Below are positions 57,514 through 64,000 of a stretch of DNA of 64,000 nt, piece after piece; positions within the stretch are counted from its first letter, which is position 1, and each line of letters opens with the position of its first letter. Made by a program: the position numbers and the translations under genes. Source of the stretch: a virus (taxonomy: Duplodnaviria; Caudoviricetes); the IMG/VR virus record IMGVR_UViG_2596583697_000001, positions 50,484 to 114,483 of that record. One strand, given 5' to 3'. The notes under the pieces were generated by a model. It saw only the letters and a program-made list of their open reading frames with translations, made no database searches and was not told the origin of the DNA.

Positions 57514-58304
57514 TAAAAATGTGATAAAAGGGTTATTTTATTAAAAAAATGAAGGAGATGAAAGTATGAAAATGAATTTTCATGGTTGTGGAATGATATC
57601 TAAAGAAGAGATGGCTGTATGTTATAAGGACGACGAACACGTTGTTTTAGGAGATATTGGAGAAGTCACCAAAGAAGAATATAGAGAACTTGATAAAACA
57701 AGACACGAAGATAAATGCGGTTCCGATTATTGGATTTTTGAATTAAATACAGGTAAATGCATAAATGACTTAAACACGTTCGGCTGCTATCGCAGTATTG
57801 ATATTTGATAAAATGAGATTTCTATTAGATTAATGAAAGGAAAAATATGATTATTAGATATATCAGGACTTTATTTTGCAAGCATGATTTTGAACATGTT
57901 AATCATGTGGCTTTTTCAACTGGTGATGTTGACGTTTTTATGTGTAAAAAATGTGGTTGGATAAGAAAAATAAAAGTGTTTTGATTTCAATTAGACAACA
58001 ACGAAAGGATTAAAGAGTGAATAATTTTTAGATGGTAACAACGGTAAACGAGTTAATCTCTGAGCTTCAGAGAATTAAGGATAACGGCCATGGACATACT
58101 TGGATTCTGTGTGGAAGTAACAATGTAACTGACAACAATGACAGAGTAATTGATCATATAATTAGGAAACCAATTGGATTTGATGAAGGAAATAGCTTTT
58201 ATTATGTACTGTGTGGTAGTGAAGCTGGTAAAGGCTGCATGAAATATACCCGTGAGAAATCACGTTGATATAGATATTACATAAATAAATGGAGGATATG
58301 TTTA

Positions 58305-60515
58305 TTGTTAAAAGTAATAAAGAGAGATTGCACAGAGGTAGATTTTGATGAATCAAAGATATCAAAAGCTATTATAGAAGCAATGAAAAATGGTAGTGGG
58401 ATATTAAATAGGCGTATTGCGTTCACAATTGCGAATGAGATATACGAAGAAAATAAGGCCAAGGATGAATTAAGTATTTCCGAGATTGAATCTATGGTAT
58501 ATGACAAGCTGATCACTAAGAATCAGAGACTGACTGCCAAAGCCTATGAGGGGTATCGCAGCGTAAGAGAGTTCCAAAGAGAGGATAGTAATACTATCGA
58601 TGGTGAAATAGATGATCTACTCAATGGTTCAAGTGAATATTGGGCAAGTGAGAACTCTAATAAGGATGAAAAGCTTGTTACCACGCAAAGAGATTACATG
58701 GCAGGTATTGTCAGCAAAGATATGTGCAGGAGATATTTGCTTCCTCCAGAAATTGTTCAGGCTAATGATGATGGAATTATCCATTTTCATGATATGGACT
58801 ATTTTGGACAACGCACGCTTCATAACTGTGATCTTGTTAATCTTGAAGATATGCTTCAGAATGGAACCGTTATTAGTGGAACTATGATTGAGAAGCCACA
58901 TAGTTTTTCCACGGCCTGTAATATTGCAACTCAGATCATTGCACAGGTAGCAAGTTGTCAATATGGAGGGCAGACGATAACGTTATCTCATCTTGCACCA
59001 TTTGTCGATGTAAGCAGACAGAAACTTCGTAAGGAAGTAATCGCTGAACGAACTAATAACGGCGATTCTTTGAATGAAAAAATTATCGAAAACGTTGTTG
59101 GAAAAAGGCTGCGAGATGAGATAAAGCGTGGAGTCCAAACTATTCAATATCAGGTAATCACGCTGATGACAACAAATGGGCAGGCCCCATTTTTATCAGT
59201 CAACATGTATCTTAACGAAGTTAAGGATAATCAGACAAAGGAAGATCTAGCATTAATTATTGAAGAAGTATTGAAACAAAGATTGCAAGGTGTAAAAAAT
59301 GAGGTGGGCGTATGGATAACACCAGCATTTCCCAAGCTGTTGTATGTTCTTGAAGAAGATAATATCTGTGAGAACAGCCCCTATTGGTATTTGACGGAAT
59401 TGGCTGCAAAATGTACTGCAAAAAGAATGGTTCCAGACTACATATCGGAAAAAATTATGTTGATAAATAAAATTGATAAGAATGGAAATGGAAACGTGTA
59501 TCCATGCATGGGCTGCAGGAGTTTCTTAACTCCATATGTTGATGAAAATGGAAATTCGAAATACTATGGTAGATTTAATCAGGGCGTTGTAACCATTTCG
59601 CTTCCGGATATTGCATTGTCTTCAAATGGTGATGTTGAAACATTTTGGACGATTTTTGAGGAGAGAATGGAGTTGTGCCACAAAGCATTGCGATGTAGGC
59701 ATGAAAGATTAATGGGTACAACGTCAGATGTTGCGCCAATATTATGGCAGAATGGGGCGTTAGCTAGGCTTAAAAAGGGAGAAAAAATAGATAAATTGCT
59801 CTATGGAGGATATTCGACTTTATCACTTGGATACGCTGGATTATATGAATGTGTAAAATTCATGACTGAACATTCTCATACTGATAATGGAATTGGCAAG
59901 GAGTTTGGATTAGAAGTAATGAGAGCACTTAACCAGAAATGTAATCAATGGAAAGCTGAAGAGGATATTGATTATAGCATCTACGGTTCTCCGATTGAAT
60001 CTACTACATATAAATTTGCTAAATGCCTTAAAAAGAGATTTGGCATCATTGAAGGAATTACTGATCGCGACTACATAACAAATTCATATCATGTTCCAGT
60101 ATTTGAAGCAATTGACCCATTTGAAAAGTTAGCATTAGAAAGTGAATTTCAGGCATTAAGTCCTGGAGGTGCAATCAGTTATATCGAATGTGCTGATCTA
60201 ACTAACAACACACAAGCCGTTCTGGAAGTTATGAAATTTATTTACGATCACATAATGTATGCAGAATTGAACACAAAGAGTGATTATTGTCAGGTTTGTG
60301 GTTACAATGGAGAAATAAAAATTGTAGATATCGATGGTAATCTAGATTGGGAGTGTCCTAATTGTGGAAATCGTGACCATTCTAAAATGAATGTCTCAAG
60401 ACGCACCTGTGGATACATTGGAACAAACTTTTGGAATCCTGGACGCACAGACGAGATGAGATCGAGATATGTTCATCTTGACGATCATGAATTTAAAGAA
60501 GGTGATTGCAATTAG
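58305..60515 (+). CDS. nrdD: Anaerobic ribonucleoside-triphosphate reductase
   Basis: ATP cone VIKRD, HFHDMDY, MGCRS, TNSYHV, CxxC..CxxC, RRTCGYIG glycyl-radical motif. Confidence 0.97.
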   Translation: MLKVIKRDCTEVDFDESKISKAIIEAMKNGSGILNRRIAFTIANEIYEENKAKDELSISEIESMVYDKLITKNQRLTAKAYEGYRSVREFQREDSNTIDGEIDDLLNGSSEYWASENSNKDEKLVTTQRDYMAGIVSKDMCRRYLLPPEIVQANDDGIIHFHDMDYFGQRTLHNCDLVNLEDMLQNGTVISGTMIEKPHSFSTACNIATQIIAQVASCQYGGQTITLSHLAPFVDVSRQKLRKEVIAERTNNGDSLNEKIIENVVGKRLRDEIKRGVQTIQYQVITLMTTNGQAPFLSVNMYLNEVKDNQTKEDLALIIEEVLKQRLQGVKNEVGVWITPAFPKLLYVLEEDNICENSPYWYLTELAAKCTAKRMVPDYISEKIMLINKIDKNGNGNVYPCMGCRSFLTPYVDENGNSKYYGRFNQGVVTISLPDIALSSNGDVETFWTIFEERMELCHKALRCRHERLMGTTSDVAPILWQNGALARLKKGEKIDKLLYGGYSTLSLGYAGLYECVKFMTEHSHTDNGIGKEFGLEVMRALNQKCNQWKAEEDIDYSIYGSPIESTTYKFAKCLKKRFGIIEGITDRDYITNSYHVPVFEAIDPFEKLALESEFQALSPGGAISYIECADLTNNTQAVLEVMKFIYDHIMYAELNTKSDYCQVCGYNGEIKIVDIDGNLDWECPNCGNRDHSKMNVSRRTCGYIGTNFWNPGRTDEMRSRYVHLDDHEFKEGDCN

Positions 60516-61056
60516 ATATGCGAGCATAAGGCCACTTGATATCAGCAACGGAGAGGGAGTAGGTGTTTCTCTCTTCGTGCAAGGTTGCCATTTTCATTGT
60601 GAAAATTGCTTCAATCAGTCTACATGGGATTTTAATGGTGGCAAAGAATGGACTGAGGACAATGAGAACAAATTCTTTAAATTAATAGACAGACCACATA
60701 TAAAGCGAGTGAGTATCCTCGGAGGCGAACCATTGGCTGATGAAAACACCTCGGAAGTCCTAAAAATTTGCAAGCAAATTCGTCTTTTATTTGGAGATAC
60801 AAAATCAATATGGCTATATACGGGCTACACTTGGAATGAAGTCTTTGATAAAGTCGGCTGCATTTACCAACAAAATTTTAGTACTGATAAAATTCTAAGG
60901 AGAGAAATAATAAAACGTTGCGATGTATTAGTTGATGGTAGGTACTTAGATAAATTAAAAGATCAGTCTTATGCATATGCAGGTAGCACTAACCAAAGAG
61001 TTATTGATGTAAAGAGTTCATTAAAGAAAGGCCAGATAGTTTTATGGAACAAGTAG
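60511..61056 (+). CDS. nrdG: Anaerobic RNR activating enzyme (ATT start inferred)
   Basis: NGEGVGVSLFVQGCHFHCENCFN, LGGEP, DVLVDGRY, GSTNQR. Confidence 0.95.
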   Translation: MRYASIRPLDISNGEGVGVSLFVQGCHFHCENCFNQSTWDFNGGKEWTEDNENKFFKLIDRPHIKRVSILGGEPLADENTSEVLKICKQIRLLFGDTKSIWLYTGYTWNEVFDKVGCIYQQNFSTDKILRREIIKRCDVLVDGRYLDKLKDQSYAYAGSTNQRVIDVKSSLKKGQIVLWNK

Positions 61057-61372
61057 ATACTAATCTCTTGGAGCAAGCAAAAAGATACTTTAATGATGAA
61101 ATATATCAAATTAATATTATGCTTGGCGGTAGACTGTATGATGACTACAAAGAATTTATTCTAAACAAAAAAGAATATTATCGAATCGCTAGTGAATTAA
61201 TAGAAAGGCTGCTATATGAAAACCACAAGTGAATGTAGTAAATGTAAACATTGCGAAATTGATGATTCAGATAGGAAAAAGTGGATTATCACTTGTAAAC
61301 TGACTGATAAGAAATACGTGTATGGACAAAAAATTTCATGTGATGAAAAGATTGAACGATAAGGAGAATTTA

Positions 61373-61879
61373 ATGGGAAATGAGATTGTTACAGCTATTA
61401 CTAATAGGATCGGGGTCACAAATAATGGAAAACATTATTTATACACACAAAAAATAAAGATAAAATATTTTACGGATAAAATAGAACGTTTATGCTATAT
61501 TGGTGGCAAATCTGACTGGATTGATTTACGTGCAGCCGATGATATAGAGATGAAAGCAGGAGAATTTAAACTAATTCCACTTGGCATAGCCGTACAACTG
61601 CCTACTGGATATGAGGCCCATGTGGTTCCAAGAAGCAGCACATTTAAAAATTATGGTATTATCCAGACAAACAGCACGGGAATCATTGACGAGACATACT
61701 GCGGAGACAATGACCAGTGGTTTTTCCCGGCCTATGCGCTGCGTGATACAGTGATACATGTAAATGACCGCATCTGTCAGTTCCGCATTATGGAACATCA
61801 ACCATCAATTATTTTTACTGAGGTTGAAAGACTCGATAACGAAGATCGTGGAGGACATGGTTCTACAGGAAAGCAGTAG
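61373..61879 (+). CDS. dut: Trimeric dUTPase
   Basis: [27 protein letters not shown]. Confidence 0.92.
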   Translation: MGNEIVTAITNRIGVTNNGKHYLYTQKIKIKYFTDKIERLCYIGGKSDWIDLRAADDIEMKAGEFKLIPLGIAVQLPTGYEAHVVPRSSTFKNYGIIQTNSTGIIDETYCGDNDQWFFPAYALRDTVIHVNDRICQFRIMEHQPSIIFTEVERLDNEDRGGHGSTGKQ

Positions 61880-61970
61880 TATAAATCATCGTCTATGGTT
61901 GCAAACATAGGCTTTACATAAAAACTATAGGATACCGGTATCCTTCAAATCTAAAATTTGGAGGATTGTA

Positions 61971-62633
61971 ATGAGAAAATTAATAACAGCAGGCATGACA
62001 TCATTCTGTCTAGCCTTTACGATGCCCATGGCAACATGGGCGAATAATATAGAAGAAACCGTAACAACGGCACAGGAAAATGTAACTACGTCAACTAAAT
62101 ATTGCAATGCAAATAATGTTAATATCAGAAAAGAACCAAATATAGAATCAGAGGTTTTAGGCCAAGCCTTTTTAAATACAAGTTTTGATGTGATAAGCGA
62201 AGAAGATGGATGGAGTAAATTTTTCGGAGAAGATGATTCATATAGTGGATATGGGTATATCAAGTCAAAATATTTATCAGACAAAGAGATTACGTACACA
62301 GAAGAAGAGTTGTATGTGTTGGCTCATTTAATTGCTGGAGAAGCACAACCGTGTGATGATATGGAACAAAGATATGTGGCTTCCGTAGTGTTGAATAGAG
62401 TTAAGCACCCTGGATTTTGCAATACTATTAAAGAGGTTGTATTTGAGCCAGGGCAGTACGATTGTATACCTAAAGGTACATATTATAGGGAACCGACTGA
62501 GAGAAACTGGGCTAACGCCAAATGGGTGTTAGAAAACGGTAGTGTATTCCCTGACTACGTTATTTGGCAATCACGAGGAAAGCAGGGGAAGGGAGTATAC
62601 CTTAAAACTAAAGACCATTACTATTGTTATTGA
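61971..62633 (+). CDS. Secreted SH3 + SleB/Hydrolase_2-type cell wall hydrolase
   Basis: Signal peptide, VNIRKEPN SH3, LAHLIAGEA, VASVVLNRV, TIKEVV..PGQY. Confidence 0.85.
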   Translation: MRKLITAGMTSFCLAFTMPMATWANNIEETVTTAQENVTTSTKYCNANNVNIRKEPNIESEVLGQAFLNTSFDVISEEDGWSKFFGEDDSYSGYGYIKSKYLSDKEITYTEEELYVLAHLIAGEAQPCDDMEQRYVASVVLNRVKHPGFCNTIKEVVFEPGQYDCIPKGTYYREPTERNWANAKWVLENGSVFPDYVIWQSRGKQGKGVYLKTKDHYYCY

Positions 62634-62641
62634 TATACAAT

Positions 62642-62666
62642 CCGTCCTTCGGGACGGTATTTTCTT
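62642..62666 (+). terminator. Intrinsic terminator
   Basis: CCGTCC-TTCG-GGACGG then TATTTTCTT. Confidence 0.75.
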
Positions 62667-62677
62667 ACAGATTGGAG

Positions 62678-64000
62678 ATGAAAGTATTTAGCAGAGAAGT
62701 TAGTGATTCACAGTTGTTGAATTATTTGTTGAAAAATAGTAATATAGATATCAACGATGTGCGAAACAGTATTGTTGATATGGAAAAACAAAAAATATTA
62801 GACTCTCATAAGTATGAAATCTGGCAAGGGAAGGATGGGTATTGGAGAACATATTTGCCAAAAGAGGATAAAAGGGTATTAGTTAAGAAAAAAACGTTGG
62901 AAAAAATTCATGAGAAAGTTGTAGAATTTTATCAACAGGAAAATGAAGCCAAGAGTATAGTCACATTTAAATTGGCATATGGCAGTTGGTTGCAATCCTA
63001 TTCCGTTAGATTCACAACCGAAAATACTCTTAATAAATATGCAACTGACTATGATAGGTATTTTAAAGATACTGATTTTGAAAAGTTAGACATAACTAAG
63101 ATTAATGAAGAAGTAATCACCGAGTTTATAATTACAATAGTTAAACAAAAGAAATTATGTCAAAAGGCTTGTAAAACATTGTGTGGCTATATCAGGAACA
63201 CTTTAAAAAGTGCAAGAATAAATAAATTTATAAATGATAATCCATTTGACAATCTTGAAACTAAAAACTTCTATCCTTATTGCACGAAAAAGGTTAAAAC
63301 AATTGAGGAAAGAACAATTTCAAATGAAGAATACAAATTACTATATGAAAAATTTGAAGAAGATCATTTGAATCAGCCAAATTATATCCCCACATATGCT
63401 GTGGAATTTGCTAGTCTAACCGGATTTAGAGTTAGTGAAATTGCAGCTTTAAAGTGGAGCGATATACAAAATGGAATGATCGTAGTTAATAAATCGGAAA
63501 AATACGTTAGAAACAAGAAAGAGTATTTTATTGGTGAAACAAAAAATGGGAAAACGAGATATATGCCAATAACCGAAGAAATAGCTAAACTTTTAATAAG
63601 GCTGAGAAAAGTTGAAGAAGAATATGGATATCTTAGTGAATTTATTTTTTCAAATGAGAACGGAAGAATTCATGCTCCGATAATATCTGATTGTGCCAGA
63701 AATAAGTGTATTCAAGTTGGGATTCCTAATAAGAGCATTCATGCATATAGACGTACATTCTCATCAAAATTAAAATGTAACGGTATATCATCAACAATAG
63801 TAAGTTCGTTAATGGGACACACGGAAGATGTGAACGAACAATACTATACTTATGATGTAAGTAGTATGCATGAAAAACAGGTATTCGTTCAAATGATTAC
63901 TAAAGAAATAGCTATGACAAGGTTTGATAACAACTCTAATAAAAAGGTAATCAATAGTAATCAATATGATCCGACTCATATGATGCTTGAAACCCTTTAA
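62678..64000 (+). CDS. Phage tyrosine integrase
   Basis: TGFRVSEIAALKW, TKNGK, SIHAYRRT, LMGHT..VNEQYY; stop at 63998-64000. Confidence 0.92.
   Translation: MKVFSREVSDSQLLNYLLKNSNIDINDVRNSIVDMEKQKILDSHKYEIWQGKDGYWRTYLPKEDKRVLVKKKTLEKIHEKVVEFYQQENEAKSIVTFKLAYGSWLQSYSVRFTTENTLNKYATDYDRYFKDTDFEKLDITKINEEVITEFIITIVKQKKLCQKACKTLCGYIRNTLKSARINKFINDNPFDNLETKNFYPYCTKKVKTIEERTISNEEYKLLYEKFEEDHLNQPNYIPTYAVEFASLTGFRVSEIAALKWSDIQNGMIVVNKSEKYVRNKKEYFIGETKNGKTRYMPITEEIAKLLIRLRKVEEEYGYLSEFIFSNENGRIHAPIISDCARNKCIQVGIPNKSIHAYRRTFSSKLKCNGISSTIVSSLMGHTEDVNEQYYTYDVSSMHEKQVFVQMITKEIAMTRFDNNSNKKVINSNQYDPTHMMLETL

Larger units (their letters stand above)
3549..57824. repeat. Dispersed quasi-palindromic intergenic site TRAAA-N6-TTTYA (about 50 copies by eye), putative recombination site
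   Basis: e.g. 3751 TAAAA-CGATTA-TTTCA; 5995 TGAAA-AGTAAG-TTTCA; 6866 TGAAA-GGAAAA-TTTCA; 9751 TAGAA-GTGTGC-TTTCA; 14383 TAAAA-GGATTG-TTTCA; 15234 TAAAA-TGATTA-TTTCA; 30138 TGAAA-TAATAC-TTTGA; 54305 TAAAA-CAGATA-TTTGA. Confidence 0.85.
1..64000 (+). mobile_element. Large temperate phage/prophage segment (SPbeta-like organisation; early, replication and nucleotide-metabolism regions, ending at the integrase)
   Basis: Co-oriented dense small ORFs, own DnaB/primase/DnaE/ligase/NrdDG/ThyX/dUTPase, a tRNA, an MrpR-like protein and a terminal tyrosine integrase. No structural genes seen in the window. Confidence 0.9.

Noticed and set aside
42671-60515. Inteins or self-splicing introns in dnaE, ligA or nrdD
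   Set aside because: ORFs are continuous and of normal length, with no intein terminal motifs or embedded homing endonuclease seen
61885-61945. Possible c-di-GMP riboswitch upstream of the cell wall hydrolase (GCAAA in a hairpin)
   Set aside because: Lacks the GNRA/receptor two-stem architecture; only short hairpins are present

Overview
AT-rich segment of a large temperate phage or prophage of a Clostridia/Lachnospiraceae-type host, with SPbeta-like organisation. Almost all genes are on the + strand. It opens with an XRE regulator, a strong promoter, about 870 nt of structured non-coding sequence and a RelE/HigB-HigA toxin-antitoxin pair. About 30 kb of short accessory ORFs follow, including an XerC-like recombinase, a MazF-like protein, an MrpR-like repressor, an amidoligase, DNA methyltransferases and a PAPS-reductase-family gene. 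Next come a replication block (AAA ATPase, DnaB, primase, RecJ-like, DnaE, ERCC4, LigA), tRNA-Gln, nucleotide metabolism genes (ThyX-like, Gmk, NrdDG, dUTPase), a cell-wall hydrolase and a terminal tyrosine integrase. The main observation is that roughly 50 accessory-gene junctions carry a quasi-palindromic site, TRAAA-N6-TTTYA, with a variable 6-bp spacer. A 289-bp inversion that splits the PAPS-reductase gene breaks exactly in two such sites with matching spacers. This suggests an integron-like, tyrosine-recombinase-driven gene-cassette system in a phage. Other observations: ATA/ATT start codons on key enzymes, a twister-like ribozyme, a 13-bp operator repeat bracketing three promoters, a slippery-site-split methyltransferase and a displaced NrdR box. 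All calls were made by eye, with no database searches.
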